From: Mantamonas sphyraenae STR306
Lineage: Eukaryota > Protista > CRuMs
DNA length: 64,000 nt
NCBI GenBank assembly: GCA_026936335.1
Contig: JAPMXV010000068.1
Coordinates: 1-64,000 of the forward strand
Direction: 5' to 3'
Shown piece by piece: positions 42,301 to 53,708 of this stretch. A program made the translations under genes and the position numbers. Each line of letters opens with the position of its first letter. The first letter of the stretch is position 1. The notes beneath the pieces are model-generated. The model was given only the letters and a program-made list of their open reading frames with translations, was not told where the DNA came from and made no database searches.

Positions 42301-44708
42301 CGCACCGACGTGCGCGACTTGCCAATGGTGGCTGCAATGAGATCCATTGCGTGTGATCGGAAGCAAGCGTGGTATTCGGCCTGATCCTCTTGCACAGGGT
42401 GCACCACAAGCTCAGAGAGCAGCGACGAGACATTGAGCTGGCCAAGAAGATGCCCAATCATACGGTTGCCCGTCGCCAATCCGAGCAGCGCACGGCAAGC
42501 GAGCGTGCGCACCTTGTCGGCCCTGGACGACGGTTCGGTTCGCCTCAGCAGCTTGATCATGGTTTTGATGACGTCGTTCTTGCGCATGGCGTCGACCACA
42601 GTGTCGCTGAGGGTGGTCGAGTCCTCTGCGTACAAGGAGCAGAGGTTGGCCACGACGTAGACAGCGTTCAGCTGTGCCATTTGCTCTTCTTGGGCGCTGT
42701 CGTTGCGCAAATCCTTGCTGGCCATGTCCATGAGCACCTGCAGCGCCTCCTGCGGCGGATCGGTGAGAGTGGTGGCTTGGCACAGGCCGTTGTGCACGTA
42801 CGGGGACAGGGACATCAGCGACAGCGTGTTGAGGGCGTACATGGATAGCTCTGTGGGCAGGCGTTCCTGTTGCATCTCGACCACAGTAAAGAGCAGATCG
42901 GCTGCGCCGAGTGAGAGCAGGGTGTCGACGCAAGGCCAGCGGTTGCGCAACAGAAAGGCCATGACAATGGGCATCTTGCCCATGATGAGCGCTTTGAACA
43001 ACTGGTGGCACAGAGTGTCCACAGGGATGCTGCGTGTGGCCGACGGCGCGGCCGAGCGCTGGGTGTTGTGCTTCTGCTGGTTGGCGGCAAGCTTGGCGCG
43101 CAGTACGACGGTAAAATGGACGAGATGGGCACGGAGATAGGAACGCACGGCAACCAAGGCCTCTGTGAGCTGATCGGCGACCAGACCCAAGTCCATGGCG
43201 TCAGAGACGGTGGCGCGTAGAAGAGCGACGAGTTTGCTGGGACCGTCGAGCTGGTCAAACAGCTCGAGCAGGCAGCGATGGTTGAAGAGGTCGCTGATGT
43301 GTGCAGAAGCAAAGGAACGCACGTAGGGGTCCTCAAAGGCGGTAAACCACATGGAGACTTGAACGAGAGGCTGGCGGTGGGCGCCGTCTTCGGCGGTGCA
43401 CACAGCCTCGAGGACAGATGTGTGGGAGCAGAGCGTGGCCACACACTTGCACAGAGACGGCCCCAGATAGTGGAGGCGAGGCAAGCCGAGGAGGATGTGC
43501 ATGCCATTCAACTGGAGCACAGTGTTGGCGACCTTTTTGTGGACGGCGAGGGCAGAAAGCATGAAGAGGAGGTCGGCCTGGAGAAAGACGTTGTTCGCCG
43601 TGTGTATGAGAGGCACGGCCCAGTCGAGTACGCCGGTGGTAAACACAGGGGTGAGAATTTCCTGAGTACTGTTGATTCGGCCGATGCACCTGCACATGGC
43701 ACACAGTGCGTCGAGCTCGTCGTCGGTGAGCAAAGAAACACCTGTTTGGGGGGAGGTGGACGTGGAGTCGTCCTTGGTGACGTCTGCATTGGGAGTGGAT
43801 GGAGTCATCTTGGCAGCAAGAAGCTGCATCGTTTCCAGGACGCGTGTGCTGACAGCAAGGGTGTCTGTGAACGTCGTGACGAGGCGTGCGTTGAGCATCT
43901 GTTCAAATAGACACACAGAGGCGTTGAAGATGGGCGACAGGGGCGTAGAATTGAGCACGAGGGCGCCGACAACGCCAATGTCGTTTGCCCGGTCGAGCTG
44001 TTCAAGGACGACGTTGTCGAGGACTGGGAACACATGTGCGAGCAGAGTGAGTGCGGCAGTCTTTGCGCGCGGACTGTTGGACTGTAGACATTGGTGGACC
44101 TGATGAAAAGGCAATGGGGGGCGGAAGAAGGTGTCAGTCCATGCAAGAGATCTGTGAGGACGCGTACGCGTGGAAACGACGTGTTGGACGCACCAGCTCA
44201 GTGTCAAGGAGGCCTCGCCTGTAGATTTGATCGCAAATGGACACGTAAAGGTGATCGTGGTGTTCTGTAGGCAAGGGGCGCGGAACATTCGGGGTGTGAG
44301 TGAGGCCGGTGGTTTGGGGACGGAACACAAAGGGCAGGGACTACCTTCAGAGTCGTCAATGAGGACAACGTGGTGATAGTAGTACATGAAGCGGTGGTCA
44401 AAGTTGCGGTGCCATTCGCTCAGAATTGCATTGAGGGCTTCGAGGTTCTCGGTAATGCGGGTGAGCCAGTTCCGGCCAGCGCCGCGACCATTCTGGCCCT
44501 GACTAGAGTCGTAGGAAAGTTCTGTGAGTTTGGCCACGACTTGGCGCATGACATCGTCATGCTCCTCCTGCTCTCGTGCAGTCCTCTGCAGTCTGCCGGG
44601 TGTGCGGTCGGACGCCGACGCGGATGAGGAAGACGACGCGGACGACGACGAGGACGACGAGGACGAGGCAGCGGAGTTGTTGCCATTGCGGTGCAGGCGA
44701 GGCAGCAT
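39372..44708 (-). CDS. DCAF1: DDB1-CUL4-associated factor 1 (VprBP): ARM-like, LisH, WD40, acidic tail
   Basis: LisH YQQGDLLMLIQQHLHALGLHTTAQTL..EA; TLHGMVTQFLHDQHKQCKHP..VLPP.SL..PH.CP; LWDIR and VWDAR WDxR motifs; two introns between about 44344 and 44100. Confidence 0.93.
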   Translation of the reverse strand: MLPRLHRNGNNSAASSSSSSSSSASSSSSASASDRTPGRLQRTAREQEEHDDVMRQVVAKLTELSYDSSQGQNGRGAGRNWLTRITENLEALNAILSEWHRNFDHRFMYYYHHVVLIDDSEGSPCPLCSVPKPPASLTPRMFRAPCLQNTTITFTCPFAIKSTGEASLTLSWCVQHVVSTRTRPHRSLAWTDTFFRPPLPFHQVHQCLQSNSPRAKTAALTLLAHVFPVLDNVVLEQLDRANDIGVVGALVLNSTPLSPIFNASVCLFEQMLNARLVTTFTDTLAVSTRVLETMQLLAAKMTPSTPNADVTKDDSTSTSPQTGVSLLTDDELDALCAMCRCIGRINSTQEILTPVFTTGVLDWAVPLIHTANNVFLQADLLFMLSALAVHKKVANTVLQLNGMHILLGLPRLHYLGPSLCKCVATLCSHTSVLEAVCTAEDGAHRQPLVQVSMWFTAFEDPYVRSFASAHISDLFNHRCLLELFDQLDGPSKLVALLRATVSDAMDLGLVADQLTEALVAVRSYLRAHLVHFTVVLRAKLAANQQKHNTQRSAAPSATRSIPVDTLCHQLFKALIMGKMPIVMAFLLRNRWPCVDTLLSLGAADLLFTVVEMQQERLPTELSMYALNTLSLMSLSPYVHNGLCQATTLTDPPQEALQVLMDMASKDLRNDSAQEEQMAQLNAVYVVANLCSLYAEDSTTLSDTVVDAMRKNDVIKTMIKLLRRTEPSSRADKVRTLACRALLGLATGNRMIGHLLGQLNVSSLLSELVVHPVQEDQAEYHACFRSHAMDLIAATIGKSRTSVRLETRDAPIAKIHKADVVDNTRLEYQQGDLLMLIQQHLHALGLHTTAQTLGIEAGLANINSEGGAADATAIDSSGSIGDAADSNTGVGAAINTGTPGRPIKGTRSVVLSGSSAATHSSPAKLSSSALKNLKHAKAKAKAKKASFSSSKKRDSGARVGGSDQKRRRVDNLGPSPAKLVSGSSADVAHGNDTKTPRLRGTPSRGRTGSSVVRSLSAHSMASLTEEGSEVSQETTTSRNSGSSSIAESADRVRFMLDNNGGRVQPSPSMNNLQDIAALGPGISPATPMLTRTLPMVPIPGLRGAGMSIDEAHPSGGVAAAADQAAASSSSSSSSSLHLSTPSWTAANNTTTVHAAQPHSQHSQHSQHVTLHGMVTQFLHDQHKQCKHPISVLPPQSLFRPHRCPPRRSGQHARHTTRRLLARSVDGTRAFRPQDKASKQYVYSRFRFARNIRDDEGVGLSALSFWGDQGSALITGTHHGRVKVFNLNSGEIQGDWQCHSTLVSTVTPNATSSRFLTSCPSHAEGSRLWEVGNMSNSLLQFSGCHRSVFSNLSDEWVLGTTRSEAMLYDAHTGSLLNTFVDPKRGPRELHYYRNNVACFSPDDTLVLSDGMLWDIRSAQIVFRFDKLTDFAFHTFTPSGQEVIINNTVWDARTWKLRTTCAALDEAKCVFNHSGQVGYAVKVRARNRVPFEKGFKTVDTTDFSLISSINLDRSVIDLSVDERDDRVAVLEMPDDTERPSFVRMYSVGRRMQDDDSDDEDDDSDGEDDEDGDDLQHQGFTFDQEFPELMNFIFGQQGAGAAGQGQMPAWITIGDMDGDEGDEEDMDGMEMEDGMMADDDDDEDDDDGPVLVLDARTGRMQLQGADGQRVDVQDEDDDDSEEDGDNDEEEPEDDDGQVIVHDENGNQQARITAQEAARTMDAMPIETDMGMMLEGEEDADGQQTLDLSRAFQQAILGSLLSARRAGAGEEDSDDDEVYIEFL

Positions 44709-45074
44709 GGCAAAGTGGGCGTGTGTTGGGACGGGTGTGTTGCTGATTGTTTGCCTCCCACTGCGACTGCCTCGCCAACACGAACAGCATGTCGTCGCAC
44801 AGAGCCCCGCTTCTCGTTAGGGTGTTCCTCTCAAGGCATTTGCACAGGCAAAGGTTTGGCGTTTTCGCACGGAGTCGTCGCCGCTTCTCGGGAGGGGATT
44901 CTGCACAAAGATCACTGACACGCAGATGTTGCTGTCCACAGAATGGCCAGAGGCGGACGAAAATGGCCACCCGGTGGTGAAACGTGACGGATGTAGCGTT
45001 TGGATGGAGGTTTTTGAACGTATGTTGGGCTGGGTGGTTGGCCGAGGTGGCGAGCGAGCTGTTGTTTGATGTCT

Positions 45075-45766
45075 TCATTCGTTGTCCTCCAAAATCTGCA
45101 ACGACGAGTCAACCATGGCGTCCGAGACGGCCTTTTGCAGGAATTGTACCAACTTGTTTTGGTGAGAGTTGAGGGTGACACCCTTCCAGTCGTACTCGGA
45201 GCCCGGGAAGCGAGCCACGGCAATGGGCAGCACCTGACGGGAGGTGGAAGTGAGAAAGGCAGCGTCCCACTGATAAACGTCGGAGGAGTTTGGACACTCG
45301 TAGTAGAGTGGGATGTCGTTGTCAGCACAGACGTGAACGACAATGCGCTGCATGGTGCCCACGAGTGTTCCGGACGGCGCCGTGTACAGGCTGCCATCGC
45401 GGACGCAGAAAAAGTTGCTGGAGAGACCTTCGAGGACATCGCCGTCTGCGGTTTGCATGAGCACTTCATGGACGTCGTCCTTCTTTTGCAGCTCGAGAGC
45501 GCGTCGTTGGCGCACCCATTCCGAGTCCTTTGCCTGCGCGTTATCCCTTGCTGCTGTGCGCACTTCGACAATGATGGGCTGTTCAGGCACGGGCGGCATC
45601 TCTTCAATGACCACGTGCACCGTACGCTTCTGCAGTGCAGCCGGGGTGGTCGAGTTGTCTTTGGCGCTGTCGTTCTCTTCTTCTGGCGTCTCTGTGTCTC
45701 CTTCCTTGGGGTGTTTGTCCGTTGTCGCTTCCTCATGTGTTTCATCGTCACTTGTGGCTGCATTGG

Positions 45767-45811
<45 letters not shown>

Positions 45812-46440
45812 CAACGACCTGGTCGTCGGCGTCTGTGTCGAGCTTCTTGTGCGTTTCCTCAAGCTCGATGAGCATGGTGATCTGTGCGATGGGGAGCAAG
45901 GTCGCAACAGAGAAAGTGGGAGGGTGTGGGCAGCAGCAGAAAGAGGTGTCAGGACGCGGCGAGCGCAGGAGCGGCAGGGGTTGGGAAAACCCGCCGGTGG
46001 AGACGACTCTCGAACGCACGAACGCACACGCATGTCTGTGGTTGTGCCATTGTCTGCACGAAACTGCTTCATGGCCTCTTTGACGTTGTAGGTGACGACT
46101 GGGCGGAGTAGGTCAGGCTCGTAAGGCCAGTCGTACTCTGTGTCTGCGTCGTCGGACACCGAGCCTTCCGCTTCGTTCTCCTTACGCTGCATGAGCGTGA
46201 GAGAGCGAGCTGGGTACACACACACAAACAAGAGGGTCAGTAAGCGTATGATTTCTGGGGCATCCGTGCTCCCGAAAACGCACCCATTCGGCTGACATGT
46301 GCGTCAAACTCGACAATGTTTCGACCGCCATTGATGGTGCGGCAGGTGGTGTACGCCCCGCGTGGGGCTTCCAAGAGAAAGTCCTTTGCAGACACCGGGC
46401 CTTGCTCTGAAAGAAGGCGGCGTGTGTTGCGAAAAAGCAT
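45075..46440 (-). CDS. Class-IV (BCAT/D-amino-acid aminotransferase fold) PLP-dependent enzyme-like protein, 3 exons
   Basis: GAYTTCRT, FDAHVSRM, RDNAQAKDSEWV (candidate PLP lysine), EGLSSNFF, LVGTMQ, AFLTSTSR; contains an (AGC)n poly-Ser tract near 45768-45810. Confidence 0.85.
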
Positions 46441-46511
46441 GTTGTGAGGATTCGGGACGAGTGTTTTCACTTGATTGTTTGGGGAGGATGGCGGGCGGTG
46501 GGCATCATGCT

Positions 46512-48123
46512 TCAATCTTCGATGATGACGTCACTGCCACCCATGGTGGTGGTGCCGCTGCTGTTGCCCTGTTCGTCAGACAGTTTGAACTTGTCCGGGG
46601 TCAGCTTGTTGATGAGTTCCTCGCCGTAGAGGTCGTGCTCCTGCTCGGTCCAGGTGAACAGGTCAGGCAGCGGGTTGCCGTTGGGAAGGGAGTTGCTCTC
46701 AAAGGTGCGCAGCTCGTCAAAGAAGGGATGCATCATGATTTCGTCGGCGGTGAGGCGGCTGTTGGGAGAGTAGGTGAGGACTTTGCTGACGAGGTCGATG
46801 GCGTCCTCCGGTGTGCCCGAGGCAAACACCTGGCTCCAGTCGTGCGGCTGGATCTTGGGAAACTTAAACTCTGTGTAGGATTCGTTCATGTCGCGGATCT
46901 GGCTGCGCGTGGGTGTGCCAAGAACCTTGATGATTTCCACAAGCTGATCGACACCCGAGTCGCCCGGGAAGAGAGGCGGGCCAAGGAGAAGCTCTGCAAG
47001 CACACAGCCAAAAGACCAAATGTCAATGTTGGTTGTGTAGTTGGTGGAGCCGAAAATGAGCTCCGGGGCACGGTAGTACCGCGAGCAAATGTACGAGACG
47101 TTCGGCTCGCCCGGAACGAGGACCTTGGCACTGCAGAAGAGGCGGGAAGAGGGGGAGAAAGGGAGGGAGGGTCAGCGAAACATGCATGCATGTACATGTC
47201 CTCACGGGTGTGGGCAGGGTGTGGGCAGGGTGGGTCGGGTGGACGGCGCAGTATGGTGTACGTACCTGCCAAAGTCGCAAAGCTGCAGGATGCCAGCCTC
47301 CGGGTCGACGAGGAGGTTCTGCGGCTTGATGTCTCTGTGGCAAATGTTGCGGGAGTGGATGTAGAGCATGGCGCGCGCGAGTTGATACATGTACAGTTTG
47401 ACGTCGAGGATGGGCATCATTTGCTTGTTCTTTGTGTAGTGGCGGCTGACACGGTACACAGTTTCAGGCACGTAGCCCAGGACCAGGTTCAGGTAGACCT
47501 CGTCCTTCTGCGTGCGGATGTGATGGCCACGGTGGACAACAGAGAGGTGAGCTCGAAGCGATGGAACCATGGCCTGGGGATGTCGAGCTGGCTGTGGGAA
47601 GGCGCGGCGCACGTTTTTCTACGGCGCGTGGAAAGAAAAGTCGGGGGTCGGACCGAGAGGGAAGGAAAGGAACGAACGCACCTTGTCGCCCGTGGAATAG
47701 AAGCAGTGCTTGAGATGCACGACGTTGGGATGCGACAACATCTTCATGATGGACAGTTCGCGGTTCTGTGCACGCGGAAGAGTGTGAGCACGCAACAGGC
47801 AGGTGGAAGCACGCGGCCGTTGACGGGCCTCGGTCTGGATGTTCTTTTCGTGCGTGGAAGAAATGGGCCGCGCGTGCCCAAAAAAAAAACACGCGTGGAG
47901 CAAATGTTGGACACAGATGACAACACGGGTGCACACGTGCAGATGGTGACGACGCGGCCGCAACACATACCTTGTATCGCTTGTCCTGCAACACCTTTTT
48001 GATAGCGACCAGCTCGTCGGATCCGACGGCTCGTGCCAAGAACACCACACCGAACGAACCGCTGCCGATCACCTTTTCGGCACTGTAGGAGATTGTCTGC
48101 GACGACTTTTTCTTTGAGGACAT
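46512..48123 (-). CDS. GSK3: Glycogen synthase kinase 3 / shaggy, 4 exons
   Basis: [85 protein letters not shown]. Confidence 0.97.
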
Positions 48124-48347
48124 GGAGTTGTTTGGGAGTGTGTTGGTGGCGATGGGGCACGACGACCAAGACACACGTTTTTTGTTGTTGGTTTTCTCTC
48201 AAAACGATCACGTTTGGCGAGTCACACGGACACGAGATCAAGAGCTAGGGGAGCGGTGGAGGCAGCGTGTGGGCGACAATGATGATGGTGATGATGATGG
48301 GTGTTGCAGAACAGCAAATTGATTGATCGGTTCCAAAGCCAAGGCGA

Positions 48348-49532
<1,185 letters not shown>

Positions 49533-49602
49533 TTCGGTTGTTGTTTTTGGCTGGCTGGCCGTGCGCTTGCGCCGCCGGTGCCAGTTTCTCCTCGTCCCCG
49601 CA

Positions 49603-50360
49603 ATGGTCAACATCCGCCGAGCAACTCCTGCAGACATGCGGGAGATCCAGAACTGCAACCTGACCTGCCTGCCCGAGAACTACCAGCTCAAGTACTACCT
49701 GTACCATATCATGAGCTGGCCCGGGATCACCTGGGTGGCCGAAGACCACAAGGGCAAGATCGTCGGCTACGTCCTTGCCAAGATGTAAGCACGACTTTAC
49801 CCACACGTCACCCAGTGCGCACGGGAGCCACTATTTCATGTCCACACGTGCCCCGCACACACACACAGACACACACAAGCACACAAGCCACGCGTTTCCG
49901 AAACACGGCCCATGCTGACCCTCCCGCGCTGGCGCGCCGCACTGTGCTCAGGGACGACGAGTCGAACGACGAGATCAACGGCCACGGCCACCTGACGTCG
50001 GTTGCCACCTTTCGCACCCACCGAAAGCTGGGCATCAGCACGCGCCTGATGGACAACGTCCACAGCAGCATGCTCGACCTCCACAACGCCGAAAAGGTCT
50101 CCCTGCACGTGCGCGAGAGCAACGAGGCTGCCAAGCATCTGTACCGCGACAAAAACAACTATGAACTCAGCGAGATTGAGCACGGCTACTATGCCGACGG
50201 CGAGGACGCACACGCCATGACAAAGACCTTCCCCGACGACCAACGCTTCACCACAGGCCTCTACGTCGACTACAAACCCACTCCTGCCGCCGCAGATCCG
50301 CCACAGGACTCGGGCGACGGCGGCACACAAGACGCCCAATCGTCAGGAGGGGCAGGATAG
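49603..50360 (+). CDS. NAA10: N-alpha-acetyltransferase 10 (NatA catalytic subunit, ARD1)
   Basis: [64 protein letters not shown]; intron 49785-49951. Confidence 0.96.
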
Positions 50361-50390
50361 CACCAGCCCAGCTGAGCAGCAATCAATCAA

Positions 50391-50996
50391 TCACAGAAAC
50401 CCGGCTTCTTCTTCCTCGTCCTCGTTGTCGTCTCTCTCGGTTTCCCCCGTGCTCGTTGCGCCCTCTTGGCTGCCTTGGTTATCCAACGCACCTGCTTCGC
50501 GGGCTTCCTGCTCGCCATGGCCATCCTGACCGAGTTGCAGCGCCTCGAGAACTGCCAGCATCTCTTCTGCGTGTTGCCTGCTTGCCACCACGTCGTTGCG
50601 CACACGCTGCACCTTGTCAGCAGTGCCCTCCAGTGCTCGCGCACATTCGAGGTATGCCTGTGCGTTTTCGTGCACTCTGTGTCGCAGGGCCTCTTGCTGA
50701 ACTTCGTGGTCTCCCTGCTGCCGCCCCAATTCCCTCTGCGCCGTAAACTCGTTCAGCCTTTCGTACTCCTGTCCAATGCTGTCGCCTCCCTTTACAGTCA
50801 CATGCGCCTCTGTGCTCGCTGTCCCCGATGCGCCTGCCTCCTCCACGCCCTCCTGCCTCCCGTCCTGCCAGTTCTTTTGCCACGTCCCTGCCTGCACAGG
50901 CGGCAGATCCCCACCCTCACTGCTTAGCCGCTCAATGTCCTGCACCATGTTGGCCACCAACTCGTCGTCCACCGCCATCTCCTTCAGCACCTCCAT
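50391..50996 (-). CDS. Small coiled-coil protein of unknown function
   Basis: Acidic and heptad-rich ORF filling the gap between NAA10 and the next gene; start MEVLKEM chosen from context. Confidence 0.6.
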   Translation of the reverse strand: MEVLKEMAVDDELVANMVQDIERLSSEGGDLPPVQAGTWQKNWQDGRQEGVEEAGASGTASTEAHVTVKGGDSIGQEYERLNEFTAQRELGRQQGDHEVQQEALRHRVHENAQAYLECARALEGTADKVQRVRNDVVASRQHAEEMLAVLEALQLGQDGHGEQEAREAGALDNQGSQEGATSTGETERDDNEDEEEEAGFL

Positions 50997-51066
50997 CACT
51001 GCTGTGCGTGCCTTGTGTACGCCTGCGCCCTTGCACCCAAAACGTACCCACAAAGAACTGCCCAAC

Positions 51067-52425
51067 ATGGCAACTGCACTTCTCAACTGTGTCAATCACA
51101 TGCAGGACATCTGCGACACGGTGCGTCACAACAACAGACACCGTCTACACCCTCGACCAACCGCTCGCTCACACCCGACCCACCCGAATCCGCCCTTGCT
51201 CCCGTTTTACCACGCAGCTGTCCCGCATCAACAAGGACTTTGGACGTGCCACACACGACCACCCGCGCCTCGCACGCGTCCTCCACATGCAGCAGGTGAG
51301 TCCCCTCGAACAGCAGCCCGCCGTCCCTGTGTGCAGAAACAAGAAAAAAATCCGCCCGCCTGACACCTCGCCGTTGGAAAGCGCGCGCAACTCCTCACCG
51401 AGCAGGAGGTGGCCACTGCCAAGCAGGCACGCATTGCCGAGCGCAAGCGTGAGTTCAATGGACTGGCTGAGAGCATGGAGGACCATCTGGAGGAGATGCG
51501 TCGCGAGAAGAGCCGCCTGGAAGGCGAGACGTCGCGATTGAACTCGGCCATCAGCCAACAGGCCGACGCCGAGGCCGCACGCCTGCGCGCAGAGCACGAG
51601 AGTGCCATGAACGATCTGGCCACCCAACAACAGGTGGCAAACACACGCCTCAAGGAGCTCAACCAAACCATCGAGGCCAAGCAGGCCCTGCTCGAGCAGT
51701 TGGAAGCTCAGGCCGAGGCCGAATTTAGTGTTGAACACCACGGCAGCGACCTGATCGATGCCATTCGCCAGCACCAGGCCGACCTCAAGGCGGCCAACAG
51801 CCAGCTGGCCACCCTCCATGCTCAGCATGAGCAGCAGGAGCGCGGCATTGCCGCCCTCAACGCCGAACTGGACGCATTGAAGGCTGCCAAGGAGGCGCGT
51901 GCACAGGGGCTCCAGAAGGAGGCCATGGAACAGGCCGAGCTCAGCCAGGAGCTCCAGGCCCAGCTTGACGCCTATGTCCAGCAGAGCGAACGCCTGCAGG
52001 CTCAGATTAGCCTCCTCCACAGCGAACTCCAGCAGCGCCTGCCTGCCAACGCAGACGACATGTTCTCTGCCCTCATGGCCGAAAAGGAGGCCGAGATTGC
52101 TGCCGTCCAAGAGCAGCAGCGCACCGTGCGCACGTCCACCCTTCCTGCCGCAGAGCGCACCTTTGCCGAAAAGATCGGCCACCTCAACCTGCTTCTGCGC
52201 AACTTTGCCCCGTCCTCCCGCATTGGCGATGGCATGCTCAAGATGTTTATGATCGTTTTCGCCAGCAAGGAGCTCCAGGTCAGCAAGGAGAAGCTCGCCG
52301 CAGACTTCAACAGTGCCGACGACGCAGCCACCTGCTTCGACCTCCTCCTCAACCAATTTCACCTCTTTGCCGAGGATGAAGAGGGCTGGGTGCGTCTTGC
52401 CGACAACCTGCTGCCTGTGCAGTGA
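51067..52425 (+). CDS. SPC19: Spc19-like (Dam1/DASH kinetochore complex) protein with long coiled coil and winged-helix-like C-terminus, 3 exons
   Basis: Exons 51067-51120, 51218-51295, 51382-52425 give LLNCVNHM...DHPRLARVLHMQQRAQLLTEQEV, matching the L..CV / D.PRL..VL / LL.E pattern I recall for Spc19. Confidence 0.65.
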
Positions 52426-52482
52426 TCCCATGCAACCGCAGTCTCCACCCATCCGAAATGAACCCATCTTCTTCTGCAGTCG

Positions 52483-53631
52483 TCACCCACCCTCGTTCCA
52501 CACCCACATCGTCCGAGGAAACTCGTCACCCATTCCACGCCGTCCAAACACAGCCCACATTTGGCCTGCAGACGTGTGCACCAACGCATGGCCAACCAGC
52601 TCCATCTCCGTGTCCTCGCCCCACTCCACCCCTTGCCGCGTCCATGTGCGCGCCTCAGGCTCAAACAAAACCACATCCGGGTGCACATCCATTCCGCCAA
52701 ACACACACACTGCCCCTGCCCCTGTGGCTACCATGCGGTGGCCAAACCGGGGCAACGGTGCGTGGTCCAGTTCGATCTGCGTCCACGCCATCGCCTCCTC
52801 CCCCAGCTGCAGTTGCCAAAGGTCCCCAAACACTCGTTCGCTGTCCAGGTCCTCGTACTTGCCTCCAAACACCCACATGCGGTCACCCAACACACACGCC
52901 GCGTGGCCGAACCGAGCGCTCGGTTGCGGCCCTGCAGACGCTAGTTCAGAGTCGACGTCAAACCAGTCGGAGCTCAGCACGTCAAACATGCATGTGTGCG
53001 CCAGCACTTGCTCCTCCTCCTCCTCCCCCTCCTCTTCCGTGGCGTTCACCATCCCGCCAAAGATCACCAGTTTCGACGTGCCCCACATGCACGCCGTGTG
53101 GCTGTGCCGGCCCACCACCTTGGGTGCATCATACATCTCGTCACACACCTCCCATTCCACATTGCCCTTCCCGTCCACCTGGCCAAGGAACACAGCGTGG
53201 TTCACCATGTCGTTTGCATCCTGCCCTCCGTGCAACACCACACGCGTGCCCTGTGCGAATGCTCCCATCTGCGCACCACTCACTGCAGGCGGCACAGAGC
53301 CTGTTTGGCCCACCGCAAAGCACCCTCCGTCCTCCTTCACCAGCAGAAGTGTGTCGAAACACTCTGTGCGCACCTGTCCCTCCATCTGCACCACATACCC
53401 GCCGTACACAAGCACTCCCTGGGCCACTTGTGCATACGCTGCGTCACACCGGCCCTCGCTGATCCCCTTGAGTTCCACCTGCTCCAGCTCCACCGTCTTC
53501 CCGCCCTCTTCCACTCCGCCGTCCTCCTCCTTCCTCAGCCGATTGTTGTGGTCCTCCACCAGCTTGTCCAACACGTCTCCGTCCTCCTCCACCTCCAATG
53601 ACTCCCAAGCCTCCTCCTCAGTTGTGCTCAT
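52483..53631 (-). CDS. Kelch-repeat beta-propeller protein
   Basis: Repeated GG blades: LVYGG, VLHGG, RHSHT..VIFGG, ARFGHA..WVFGG, PRFGH..VFGG. Confidence 0.88.
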   Translation of the reverse strand: MSTTEEEAWESLEVEEDGDVLDKLVEDHNNRLRKEEDGGVEEGGKTVELEQVELKGISEGRCDAAYAQVAQGVLVYGGYVVQMEGQVRTECFDTLLLVKEDGGCFAVGQTGSVPPAVSGAQMGAFAQGTRVVLHGGQDANDMVNHAVFLGQVDGKGNVEWEVCDEMYDAPKVVGRHSHTACMWGTSKLVIFGGMVNATEEEGEEEEEQVLAHTCMFDVLSSDWFDVDSELASAGPQPSARFGHAACVLGDRMWVFGGKYEDLDSERVFGDLWQLQLGEEAMAWTQIELDHAPLPRFGHRMVATGAGAVCVFGGMDVHPDVVLFEPEARTWTRQGVEWGEDTEMELVGHALVHTSAGQMWAVFGRRGMGDEFPRTMWVWNEGG

Positions 53632-53708
53632 GTGTGCCTGTGCCCTGTACTGTGTGCTTGCTGGGTTGCCTGCCTGGCCGCACTGCGCGCCTCTCCACCC
53701 AACCCCAA

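Noticed and set aside
44814-44824. ACCCTAAC on the minus strand in the large gap as a telomerase RNA template
   Set aside because: Only an 8-nt match, expected by chance; no recognisable pseudoknot or Pol III/Sm signals
44789-44860. MSSH start resembling ribosomal protein eL39
   Set aside because: Lacks the RPIPQW and RRHWRR motifs in any spliced frame I tried
51066-51069. Overlapping start codons on both strands in one CATG
   Set aside because: The minus-strand extension is not protein-like; the ATG at 50996 fits better
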